This document shows positions 53,891 through 63,074 of a stretch of DNA of 64,000 bases, piece after piece. The notes under the pieces are model-generated. The model saw only the letters and a program-made list of their open reading frames with translations. It did not search any database and was not told the origin of the DNA. Each line of letters opens with the position of its first letter. Within the stretch, counting starts at the first letter, position 1. The stretch is from Verrucomicrobiales bacterium (GTDB lineage Bacteria; Verrucomicrobiota; Verrucomicrobiia; Verrucomicrobiales; V1-33): assembly GCA_035550135.1 (NCBI GenBank), contig DASZQB010000084.1, forward strand, positions 5,924 to 69,923, given 5' to 3'. A program made the translations under genes and the position numbers.

Positions 53891-55053
53891 GGTGCGGCAT
53901 CATCTGAATTTCAAGAATAGTGCAAGCAACGGCATGCAACGGTGTACACACCCTTACGCTCAGCAATGCTAAAGCGGGACCCTGCAACCGTATGAATTCG
54001 CCTCGGTAAAAACCCATCGTTACTAATGGATGGTAACGATACCTCGGGAAATTCGCAGGATTCGCATCGCGAAAATCCCCTCCATGAGCCGGCCCAGACC
54101 TCGTTTCCTGACAAATTTGGACAGGCGCACAAGCTTCTCTGCTCACCCGCTTCTCCGTTCCTCCGGTTCGTGGAGTCCATTTCGGCCGATCCCGAATTTT
54201 CCTTTCGGAATCATTTGACTTTTTTCGCTGTAATCACCTCTCTAATTGGTAGCCGCGGGCTCTGTAACAGGACTTACCCACACAGCGGCTGCGCTTCGAA
54301 TCCGGCCCGGAAGGCTTACCGGCATTCGATAGCGGTCCACCATATATCCACGCCTCTGACCCGGCCCCTAAAAAAGCTTACCGGACTCGGCGGCGTTCCA
54401 CCACGTCCACACCTTCACCACCAGACCGAGCCGCATCTTACCTCTTAAATCCTGCCTCTTACATATAGAGCCCGCCCTTTCACACGCGGAAGGGCCACCG
54501 CGCGTCGCGCGCCCATGAAACGAAAACACGCGCAACTCTTCCCACTCCCGGAACTCCGACCAAATCAAACCAGACCAAACCGTGGCCTCTCCCTTCGAGC
54601 CTCTGCTTCCTCTGCGCTCTCCTGTTCAAAACCTTCTCCTTGGTCCTCTACGGCCCTTCCCATCCCGAATCCAACCAAATCAAGGTAAATCAAGCCATGA
54701 ATTCGAATTTCCGATCCTGCAAATTGGAAAAACCCAGCTACGGGCCACTCCTGGAAATCCGACCTGATCAAACCAATTTAAGCCAAATGAGCATTTTTAA
54801 TCAGAATCCCCCCTCGCACTTCTGTGCTTCCATCCTCCCGGAAAAGTCATATAGCCCCCGACTTTCGCGCACCCCCCGGAAAATACGCGCGCATCGTCGA
54901 ACCCGCCTGACTTCCTTCGTTTTCGGCAGCATCAACCCGGCGTCGGCGTAATCCCATAGCATTATTTCGCCGGCCTCCGGCTGGTGTTTCTTCGCGGCAC
55001 ACACGGAACGCACGACGCGTCCGGGAAAGAACCAAACAGCGAAAACACCATCC

Positions 55054-56022
55054 ATGAAAACTGCGAGCGTCACGCAACGAATCGATCTGCATCATCACGT
55101 CTTCCCGCCGGAGTATGTCACTGACCTCGCGCAAAAGGGAATCGACTGGACCGGCGGGGCCGGAGTGCCCCGCTGGAGCCTGGACCATGCACTGGAAACC
55201 ATGGAGCATCACAGCATCGCCGCCGCCGTCGCCTCCGCGCAGCCTCTGGTTTTCTGGGGCGACGCAAAGGCCGCCGTGCGCTGGGCGCGCCACAGCAATG
55301 AATTCCTCGCCGATATCGTCCGGAATGACTCCGCGCATTTTGGCGGCTTTGCCTCGGTGCCGCTCCCGGATGTGGAGGCCGCCTGCCGTGAAGTGGCCCA
55401 TGCCTTCGACGTTCTCAAGCTCGACGGCGTCCTGCTCGCCACGAGTTGCGGTCCCCGCTATCTCGGTCATCCGGCGTATGAGGAACTCTATCAGGAACTT
55501 AACCGCCGGTCCGCCGTGGCATTTGTCCACCCTAACACCGCGCCGCCGGGAAGCGATGTGCCTGATTATAACATTCCCAACGCCCTGGTGGAGTTTACGT
55601 TCGATACCACCCGCTGCATCGCGAACCTCATCTACAGCGGCACGCTCGAAACCTATCCAAACATTCGTTTTATCATGCCGCACGCCGGCGGCACCGCTCC
55701 CTTCCTCTCATGGCGCATGGGTCTCGGTGACCATATGCCCGCGCTCAAAGGAAAGGCGCCAAAAGGCGCCCTCCACTACCTGCAGCGGCTTTACTACGAT
55801 ACCGCGCTCTCGGCTTCTCCGGCGGCCCTCGCCTCCCTAACAGAAGCCATTCCCTCCAGCCAGATCGTCTTCGGCAGCGACTTCCCGTTCGTCGCTGCTC
55901 ATGAAATTCCAGTGGAAACGACCGGTCTTGAGACAAGCCGGTTCCTTGACGCGAACACCCGGCGGATGATCGACCGGGACAACGCGCTCCAACTCTTCCC
56001 GCGCTTCGCCTCCGCTGTATGA
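55054..56022 (+). CDS. amidohydrolase-2 (ACMSD-like metal-dependent hydrolase/decarboxylase) family protein
   Basis: The N-terminal motif IDLHHHVFPPEY (the HxH metal motif) is present. Further motifs are ...FVHPN..., ...MPHAGG... and ...GSDFPF..., with the spacing typical of PF04909-type TIM-barrel hydrolases. Confidence 0.7.
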   Translation: MKTASVTQRIDLHHHVFPPEYVTDLAQKGIDWTGGAGVPRWSLDHALETMEHHSIAAAVASAQPLVFWGDAKAAVRWARHSNEFLADIVRNDSAHFGGFASVPLPDVEAACREVAHAFDVLKLDGVLLATSCGPRYLGHPAYEELYQELNRRSAVAFVHPNTAPPGSDVPDYNIPNALVEFTFDTTRCIANLIYSGTLETYPNIRFIMPHAGGTAPFLSWRMGLGDHMPALKGKAPKGALHYLQRLYYDTALSASPAALASLTEAIPSSQIVFGSDFPFVAAHEIPVETTGLETSRFLDANTRRMIDRDNALQLFPRFASAV

Positions 56023-57074
56023 ACGCTCTCCGATACGTTAGGACAGCGGCGGTCCTTTTCCTCACACTGCTCGTGCTCACGTTGGATTCGGGCGCTGCGG
56101 ACAATCCCGTGCCGTTGCCGCCCTCTCCTCCACGACCGGACGCGGAAGCCGGTCCTACCAAAATCTCCGTCGCCCTCTGGATCACGGATGTTTCGAAGAT
56201 CGACAGCGTCGCGCAGAATTTCACCGCCAGCATCGTTCTCTTCCTGCGCTGGCACGATTCCCGTCTGGCGCGCAGCGAACCCGGCATAAAACAATATTCC
56301 ACCGACGAAGTCTGGCATCCGCAGTGGCTCATCGTCAATGAATGCGGGAAGGCGGAACATTCCCTGCCCGAAAAAATCACGGTCACCCCGGATGGAAACG
56401 CCATCTATCACCAGCGGCTCGTCGGAACGTTTTCTCAGGCGCTCGACCTCAGCCGCTTTCCCTTCGATCAAGGAACGTTTCGCATCCACTTGATCGTCAC
56501 CGGTCACCGGCCGGCCGATATCCAATTCGTCCCTGAGGAAACCGCCATCGCCGCGGGCATTCCCGAAGGTATGGGCATCGCTCCGCAGCTCTCGTTGCCG
56601 GACTGGCATGTGCTTTCAACCGCGGCGCATCCGCTGCCCTATTGCACGACTCCTAACCTCGAAGTCGCGGGCTATGCATTTGAATTCACCGCCGCGCGAA
56701 ATTCGCAGCACTTCATTATTAAAGTCATTCTTCCGCTCCTATTCATCGTCATGATGTCGTGGGCGGTTTTCTGGATCGAGCCCTCCGATGCCGGACCGCA
56801 AATCAGCGTCGCCGTCACCACTATGTTGACATTGATCGCCTACCGCTTCGCGCTCGATTCCGAGGTGCCGAAACTCCTCTATGTCACACGCATGGATGCC
56901 TTCGTGCTCACCAGCACCCTGCTCGTCTTCCTCTCGCTCTTCGAGGTGTTGATCACCACCAAACTGGCCGCCGCCGGACGGCTCCCCCTCGCGCGCCGGG
57001 TGGACTTCCACGCCCGCTGGGTTTTCCCGGCCATCTTCACCGTCCTCAGCCTCGTGATCTTCCTTCGTCCGTGA
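56019..57074 (+). CDS. prokaryotic pentameric ligand-gated ion channel (Cys-loop receptor homologue, GLIC/ELIC-like)
   Basis: A signal peptide precedes an extracellular domain with ISVALWITDVSKIDSVAQNFTASIVLFLRWHDSRL, VWHPQWLIVNE and a FPFDQG loop. Four TM helices follow (M1 FIIKVILPLLFIVMMSWAVFWI ... M4 VFPAIFTVLSLVIFL). The ATG overlaps the upstream stop (ATGA at 56019-56022). Confidence 0.8.
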   Translation: MNALRYVRTAAVLFLTLLVLTLDSGAADNPVPLPPSPPRPDAEAGPTKISVALWITDVSKIDSVAQNFTASIVLFLRWHDSRLARSEPGIKQYSTDEVWHPQWLIVNECGKAEHSLPEKITVTPDGNAIYHQRLVGTFSQALDLSRFPFDQGTFRIHLIVTGHRPADIQFVPEETAIAAGIPEGMGIAPQLSLPDWHVLSTAAHPLPYCTTPNLEVAGYAFEFTAARNSQHFIIKVILPLLFIVMMSWAVFWIEPSDAGPQISVAVTTMLTLIAYRFALDSEVPKLLYVTRMDAFVLTSTLLVFLSLFEVLITTKLAAAGRLPLARRVDFHARWVFPAIFTVLSLVIFLRP

Positions 57075-57121
57075 GAACAACACCCCCGGCTCAACTTCAA
57101 TCCTAACAGTTATATAATTCA

Positions 57122-57912
57122 ATGAAACTCGCAGCTTTTGTATTCGGATTCGTCCTCGGCATCCTCCTGTTAAATGCCGCGCCGGCACTGCCATTCCCGG
57201 CAAGTCATCCGCGCCTTCACTGCCGCCTCTGGAAAAGAAAAGCGACTGGTGGTACAACGCCACCACCTACGCCTGGCTCACCGGGGTCGATGGCGACGTC
57301 TCGTTCAAGGGAATGAACGTCCCTATCGATCTCGGCATGGAGGATGTGCTCGGCCATCTCGACTTCACTTATATGCTTTATCTCGAAGCCGGCCGTGGCC
57401 GCTGGAGCGCCGGTCTCGATGCCATCTATGCGCGCCTCTCCGACAACAGCACGTTCGCCCAGGGCCCTGTGTCCGGCTCCGCGGATCTCGAGGAAAACCA
57501 GGCCTTCGTCACCGCCCGCATCAATTATCGCGCAATAGATCGGCCTAAGGTAAAACTGGACCTCTTTGCCGGCGTGCGGTGGACATACTTCGATTTGAAT
57601 GTGGACGTAAATGCCAATATCGGTCCGCGGAGTTTCAGTGAGAGCGTGGACTTCTTCGACCCGGTTGTCGGCGCCCGCACCATCGTCTCCCTCAGCGACA
57701 AATGGTTCATCCAGGCCGGCGGCGAAATCGGCGGCTTCGGCGTCGGCTCCGACCTCACATGGCAGGCCGTCGGCGGCATCGGCTATCACCTCAACTCCAA
57801 CTGGTCCATCCTCGCCGGATACCGCGTCATGGGCGTGGACTATGACAAAGACGGCTCCCGAATCGATACCACCTTCAAAGGCCCCGCCCTCGGCGTCACC
57901 GTCCGATTCTAA
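57122..57912 (+). pseudogene. outer-membrane beta-barrel protein with an apparent 1-nt frameshift between signal peptide and barrel
   Basis: The signal peptide MKLAAFVFGFVLGILLLNAAPA is read from 57122. The barrel (...EKKSDWWYNATTYAWLTGVDGDVSFKG MNVPIDLG... ending GVTVRF) is in another frame, which is open from 57118 but has no ATG/GTG/TTG before 57313. The frames most plausibly join near the GC run at 57176-57186. Confidence 0.5.
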
Positions 57913-58126
57913 CCGCCTTTGCCGGTCTCGAATTGAAATGTATCAGGTTTGTCGGGGGGCGAGCGGCCGAGTTCCCGTGTTCCTTTCTCCTAGTGCAAGA
58001 CTTGGGCAACAAGCGCCTAGTATATTCTTCGATTATGAGATGCGAACGCTTCTGGAAAACAAGGCTGTTGATTCTCTCGAATGGATACGCTTACCCTCCC
58101 CTCCTCCTTAGCAATGACATAACCTT

Positions 58127-58360
58127 ATGAATGAGCATAGTGACGCCACTTTCGAAACACTGCCAAATTGCCGGATACGTTACAAACGTGGGGATGAAGT
58201 TTTCGAGTTTTTCTTTGACGTCGGAGATGAACGGGGAATCACTCTTTATACAGAACCATTATATCCGAAGCCACTCCCATCGGCGGACCGAGTTGCTGAG
58301 GCATTGAAAAGAACGGTCGAGCACCTTCGCCGCATAGGATATGAAGTTTATCTTATGTAA
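58127..58360 (+). CDS. small hypothetical protein (77 aa), possible orphan immunity-type gene
   Basis: It is an intact ORF in a lower-GC stretch immediately upstream of RHS2. It has no signal peptide and I recognise no family. Confidence 0.3.
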   Translation: MNEHSDATFETLPNCRIRYKRGDEVFEFFFDVGDERGITLYTEPLYPKPLPSADRVAEALKRTVEHLRRIGYEVYLM

Positions 58361-58622
58361 GCCACAGTTTTTGACGCAATGAGCATACCATGGACTACTG
58401 CTTTCCGGCAGGCATCCTTAGAGTTGACCCCGGGGAGGGCGGGACTTACAATCTCGCCGTCTTTTGAGGTGTTCGATGATGGCGATTTCGAAATACTGGA
58501 TGTTTGCGGATTTGAGCCGGTTGACCCTGACTTGCCGGGCGGTTCCATCTCAGTATTTGGCACCCCTGGATGAACGAGATACAAACCAAATTACATTCTC
58601 TCGAAATTGGCTATTTTGCTGG

Positions 58623-61505
58623 ATGCGCTACCTCCTGACGCTGCTGATTCTCCTCCTCGCCCTCACGGGTGGGAGAGCCTCTGCGCTTTCAGATAACGCC
58701 AACAGCGGCACCGAATCCTTCACCTGGACCGCCGGAGGCCGCGCCCTCACCAAATCCAACGCCCGCGGCACCACCATCGGTTATTTCTACCGCAGCAGCA
58801 CTTCAGGAGTCGTTGCGGGCTCCGGCGATCTCACGGATGTCACCTACACCGACAGTACGCCGGACATCACCTACACCTTCGACCGCCTGGGCCGCATGGT
58901 CACCGCCGCCAGCAATGGCGTCACCCGCACCATCGACCTCACCCTCCACGGCCAGCAGGAATCCGAAGCATGGACCGGCGGCCCGCTCGATGGCCTCACC
59001 GCGGACCCCGGCTTCGATTCCCTCCGCCGGCCCAATGCCCTCGCCGTCACCGGTTCCGGCGGCACCGTCCCTTCGCAATCCTACAGCTATGACAGCCTCA
59101 CCGGCGAACTGAGCACCATCGGTTCCGGTACCGCCACTGCCACTTACGCCTACCGCACCGGCACCCGGCAAATCGCCAGCGTCACCTTTGCCGAAAGCGC
59201 CACCACCCGCCTCACGCAAACCCGCGCCTACGACGATCTCCACCGCCTCACCGGTGTCACCTCCCAAACCCCCGGCCCCGTCGATCTCGCCGCATCCTCC
59301 TACACTCTCGACGACGCAGGCCGCCGCTCCTCCACGCTCCTCGCCGACGGCACATGGTGGAAATACACCTACGACGACCACGGCCAGGTCCTCAGCGCCG
59401 AACGCCGCCGCATGACCGGCAGTTCGCCGAATGTTAGCGATCCCGCCGTCCCCGGCCAGCAGTTCGCCTACGGTTACGACGGTATCGGCAACCGCGTCGC
59501 CGCCATCCAGGGCGGCGGCGTGACCGACGACGTCGAATTCGACTACACCCCCACCACGGCGAATCAGTACAGCGCCATCACCCACACCCGCACCGGCATC
59601 GTCACCGGCCTCGTCGATCCCTCCGCCACCGTCACGGTGAACAGCAACGCCGCCGCCCGCAGCGGCCCGTGGTGGGCTCAAAGCGAAAGCACCTCCACCG
59701 GCAGCAGCGCCGCATGGCTGGACTTTTCCATCGACGCCACCCTCGGCAGCAGCACCGACCACGCCGACACCCAACTGTTAGTCCCGCCCTCCAGCGTTTC
59801 TCCCTCCTACGACGCCGACGGCAACCTCACCGATGACGGCCTGCGCACCTTCACCTGGGACGCCGAAAACCGCCTCCTCCAGGTTACCACCAAAGACACC
59901 CTTCTCCCCGTGGGTGCCGCCATGTATCGCGTCACGTACACTTACGACGACCGTGGCCGCCGCATTGCCCAAACCGTCGAAACCCGCACCAGCAGCAGCG
60001 GGGCTTACGTCCTCGCCTCGCGCCGCTGCTTCCTCTTCGCCGGTTGGAGTTGCCTCGCCGAATACGACTACGCCCCCTCCGGCGGAGGAGCTACCCGCAC
60101 CCTCTTCCGCAGCCAGGTGTGGGGTGCAGATTTCGGCGGTGGCGGAGCCGGCGGCCTCCTCCTCATCCGCCGCCACACGGGTTCCCTCACCGGCACCCAC
60201 TTCGCCACCCACGACGGCAACGGCAACATCACCGCCCTCGTGAACGCCGCCACCGGCCTCGAAAGCGCCCGCTACGACTACGACCCCTTCGGCAACCTCC
60301 TCCGCGCCACCGGCCCCTTCGCCGCCGAGAATCCTTACCGGTTCTCCACTCAGTTTACGGACGAAGTCACAGGCTTGCTCTACTATGGCTATCGGCACTA
60401 CGACTCTCTGAACGGACGATGGCTGAGCCGGGATCCGATTGGTGAAGCGGGAAGTATCAATTTGTACGGCTTTGTTGGGAACCGCGGGATAAATGGAATC
60501 GATATTCTGGGGCTGGAGGGGGATTACACGCAGGCCGTCGTGGATGAAATCGAGAGGCAGACGCACCCCGATGTCGTTAAGGCTGCGATACACTTCTCCG
60601 ATGCCGAGCACGAATACAACGCTGCCCTCAATTCCGAACGCGCAAGAACCGACTGGTGGAGTAAGCACGCGTTGGAAACGACACAGGCGTTAGAGTCGGA
60701 ACGTTCCAAAGCTCGCGCTGCACTCATTTGGGCAATGGACCAAGCGGGACTTTTGCCAAAACAGAACTGCCCGTGTCCTCCTACCGGAATTAATATGTGG
60801 ACGGGGCGTGTCGAACTCGACCCCTCGTTGCTCTGGTCGCCTTCTCAATCGCCCGACTACACCACAACGGAGATTCCTGACTCAATCATGAAACTGGGAG
60901 CCGATTTCGCCTCCAAACTGAGAGTCGCTTGGCAAAAGGATTTCAAGAGCGATGCCCCCATACTTTTTGCCGCTTGGCACATTATTCAGGACCAAAAAAT
61001 CCAGTTTCTGTTGGCGCTAACGCCAATGGGCCGCGGATGTCGAGTGGGAGGAATGCCGGCACAAAGCGTAGGCCCCAGATCTTCCCAAATTCCGGTAAGC
61101 GGCTCCCAGTGGTATGAATACTTCGCGGGCAAATATGGAGCATCGAATGTGCAATGGGCCCGCCTGCCCGCTCGTGCCGGAAGTAAGACATCGGGTATTC
61201 TCTCAACTTCTGTTGGGGAGATCGATTTAATGAGTGGCTACGCAGGACCATCCGCATCTATGTTGCCGGGAGCCGTTCCGGGAATGAACAACATTCTCAA
61301 GGCGCATGTTGAAGCTCATGCTGCAAGCGCCATGCGGCAACTTGACTTGAATGAGGCTACGCTGTATTTGAATAATCTCCCCTGTTCTTGGGGAAGTGCC
61401 AATGGTTGCGCAAATATGTTGCCTAGGATGTTGGGAGAGGGGCGATCCCTGCGTGTCGTCGTGCCGGGACAGATGGATCGAATTTTTACAGGAGTAGCGC
61501 GATGA
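58623..61505 (+). CDS. RHS/YD-repeat polymorphic toxin (961 aa) with C-terminal DddA-like (SCP1.201-type) deaminase domain
   Basis: I chose the start at ATG 58623, which gives the signal peptide MRYLLTLLILLLALTGGRASA. YD repeats run throughout. The core ends ...RHYDSLNGRWLSRDPIGE...GINGIDILGLEGD (about 60520). The tip contains AHVEAHAASAMRQ...LYLNNLPCSWGSANGCANMLP. Confidence 0.85.
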   Translation: MRYLLTLLILLLALTGGRASALSDNANSGTESFTWTAGGRALTKSNARGTTIGYFYRSSTSGVVAGSGDLTDVTYTDSTPDITYTFDRLGRMVTAASNGVTRTIDLTLHGQQESEAWTGGPLDGLTADPGFDSLRRPNALAVTGSGGTVPSQSYSYDSLTGELSTIGSGTATATYAYRTGTRQIASVTFAESATTRLTQTRAYDDLHRLTGVTSQTPGPVDLAASSYTLDDAGRRSSTLLADGTWWKYTYDDHGQVLSAERRRMTGSSPNVSDPAVPGQQFAYGYDGIGNRVAAIQGGGVTDDVEFDYTPTTANQYSAITHTRTGIVTGLVDPSATVTVNSNAAARSGPWWAQSESTSTGSSAAWLDFSIDATLGSSTDHADTQLLVPPSSVSPSYDADGNLTDDGLRTFTWDAENRLLQVTTKDTLLPVGAAMYRVTYTYDDRGRRIAQTVETRTSSSGAYVLASRRCFLFAGWSCLAEYDYAPSGGGATRTLFRSQVWGADFGGGGAGGLLLIRRHTGSLTGTHFATHDGNGNITALVNAATGLESARYDYDPFGNLLRATGPFAAENPYRFSTQFTDEVTGLLYYGYRHYDSLNGRWLSRDPIGEAGSINLYGFVGNRGINGIDILGLEGDYTQAVVDEIERQTHPDVVKAAIHFSDAEHEYNAALNSERARTDWWSKHALETTQALESERSKARAALIWAMDQAGLLPKQNCPCPPTGINMWTGRVELDPSLLWSPSQSPDYTTTEIPDSIMKLGADFASKLRVAWQKDFKSDAPILFAAWHIIQDQKIQFLLALTPMGRGCRVGGMPAQSVGPRSSQIPVSGSQWYEYFAGKYGASNVQWARLPARAGSKTSGILSTSVGEIDLMSGYAGPSASMLPGAVPGMNNILKAHVEAHAASAMRQLDLNEATLYLNNLPCSWGSANGCANMLPRMLGEGRSLRVVVPGQMDRIFTGVAR
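58698..59107 (+). repeat. 410-nt direct repeat, copy 1 (RHS2 5' region)
   Basis: It aligns colinearly with 63591-64000, beginning gccaacagcggcaccgaatccttcacctggaccgccggaggccgcgccct. By eye roughly 85-90 percent of positions are identical. Confidence 0.85.
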
Positions 61506-61885
61506 ACCCAGTTCTTAACGTTGACGGAGTTGAGGTTCCGGTTGATTCAAGCGCTACTTTGGACGCGGTCATCCTAAAGTTGCATAACGACAACCAAAAC
61601 GGACCAAAGCTCATTCAGTTGGTCGCTCAATCGGGAGCAACAATGAGTCTTGGTGTTGGAGCTCCTGTAAGCATTCTACATTACATCAGTCCGGAGGGCT
61701 GGCCGGCCTACACCGCGTGCGGCACTGATCCGGAAGCTCTTGGCACCCTTTCATTCACACTTTGCGGCGAGCTTACTGAACTGCCGGCCGCCTTTGGTGT
61801 GCCTTTTGAAACTGCGAAAGCAGGATTTTTGGATTTTTTTAATCGCTCGGAAAGACCTGACTGTTTTGAGTGGTCGGAGGATTGA
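61502..61885 (+). CDS. putative cognate immunity protein of the deaminase toxin (Imm1/DddI-type candidate)
   Basis: Its ATG overlaps the toxin stop (ATGA, 61502-61505). It is 127 aa, cytoplasmic and acidic. The assignment rests on position; the family is not verifiable by eye. Confidence 0.6.
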   Translation: MNPVLNVDGVEVPVDSSATLDAVILKLHNDNQNGPKLIQLVAQSGATMSLGVGAPVSILHYISPEGWPAYTACGTDPEALGTLSFTLCGELTELPAAFGVPFETAKAGFLDFFNRSERPDCFEWSED

Positions 61886-61995
61886 GCCTTGTAAGGCTTG
61901 CGATTGGTCCCAATTCAACAGGGACCCCGGTCAAGTATTTTGCAGCTTGAACGTAGCCTCACTGAACGCTATCCTGGTCCAATGAATTTCGAACG

Positions 61996-62442
61996 GTGGG
62001 CCGGCAGCAACAACCCTTTCTGGCAAACAGTAGGAAGATGATTTCGATCGGAGCAATTATCGGCGGTCCGGAGAGCGCATTCTTCGATACCGTACTGTGC
62101 GAGTTCATGAGGCACTGTGAATCGGAAGGACATCTCAGTGGCGAACCGGTGAAGGTCAATATTGTCTACCACCTCCCGGGTTCGATATTGCCTCCGGACT
62201 TCATTGGGGTTCGACCAGCGAAATTCTCAAGAAAAGAGAAGAAGTTAATGATTCAAGCGGCCGTTGAGAAGGAGATGGCAGGCGTCAGAAATCGTGACGA
62301 AATCCTTGACTACATCATTGATGTAGCAGATGAGGCAATCGGCGTCGCGAAAACGAAATTCGATGGTGCCAAGATCGAATACGACATCAGCAAAAAAGAT
62401 CGTGATTTCTTAATCAAGTTTAGAGATTTGGTGCTTGGGTGA
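61996..62442 (+). CDS. orphan immunity-like hypothetical protein
   Basis: The ORF is 148 aa; the start may instead be ATG 62038 (MISIGAIIGG...). Codon usage is lower-GC than the surroundings. It lies between the toxin-immunity pair and an RHS fragment. Confidence 0.4.
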   Translation: MGRQQQPFLANSRKMISIGAIIGGPESAFFDTVLCEFMRHCESEGHLSGEPVKVNIVYHLPGSILPPDFIGVRPAKFSRKEKKLMIQAAVEKEMAGVRNRDEILDYIIDVADEAIGVAKTKFDGAKIEYDISKKDRDFLIKFRDLVLG

Positions 62443-62508
62443 AATAGAGGGAACCGAGTACCGTGGGGGGGCTTCAAATCTGTCGGACGCGAAATTGGCG
62501 GGCGACAC

Positions 62509-62566
62509 TACCGCCGCCAGCAATGGTGTCACCCGCACCCTCGCCCTTCACGGCCAGCAGGAGTCG
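62509..62566 (+). pseudogene. 58-nt RHS gene fragment
   Basis: accgccgccagcaatggtgtcacccgcacc...cacggccagcaggagtcg matches RHS2 nt about 58903-58966 (TAASNGVTRT..LHGQQES) with a 6-nt deletion. The flanks are unrelated. Confidence 0.7.
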
Positions 62567-62874
62567 TCGATTCCACGCGAAAGGGCCTGTCGATTCCTCC
62601 CAACATTCAACATTCTCGGACCGTTGCTGCTTGGAGTGAAAGCTCCAGTATTGCGCATGCTGCTGGCCTCAAAGACCGGCACGCGGAAAATGATAGCCGT
62701 AGCCGGAGAAGCACTCTCCCGGGTCTCAGGATCGATCCACGGTTCGCCAGCCGCACATTCCACCCGGATTCTAACCTCTTTGCTCTCCCCGTCGATCACT
62801 ACTCCGGCTACTCTCCACGGCTCTTCGAGTCCCAGTGATTGGGCGTAAAAATGCTCAAGGGTCAGTTCTTCCAT
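62548..62874 (-). mobile_element. ISL3-family transposase remnant (N-terminal part only, degenerate)
   Basis: The first ~50 aa (LEHFYAQSLGLEEPWRVAGVVIDGESKEVRIRVEC, nt about 62725-62874) fit the conserved ISL3 transposase N-terminus (..LLGLxxPWxVxxVxxDxxxxxVxIxVE). The rest diverges, and no zinc-finger or DDE region follows. Confidence 0.5.
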
Positions 62875-63074
62875 TCCTCACCTCTGCCCTGTTTCACTAT
62901 CTGGCTGACAGGGTTGCATCAGTAATGGTCCACTGTCCATTGGCGACATTTGTTTCTTCAAGACAAAATGTTCCTTCGGGCTCTGAACTGGCTGTGTCTG
63001 ATTAGGTTGGTCTTTGCGGTTACCGCCGCGGGCCTCACCACCCACACGGAGCGCACCCTTGGGTCGGCGGGCGC

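Noticed and set aside
54262-54312. tRNA-like fragments (taattggtag D-loop-like and gcgcttcgaatccgg T-loop-like strings)
   Set aside because: The 5 nt flanking TTCGAAT are not complementary (tgcgc / ccggc). No acceptor or anticodon stems can be drawn. At most this is a decayed tRNA remnant or chance.
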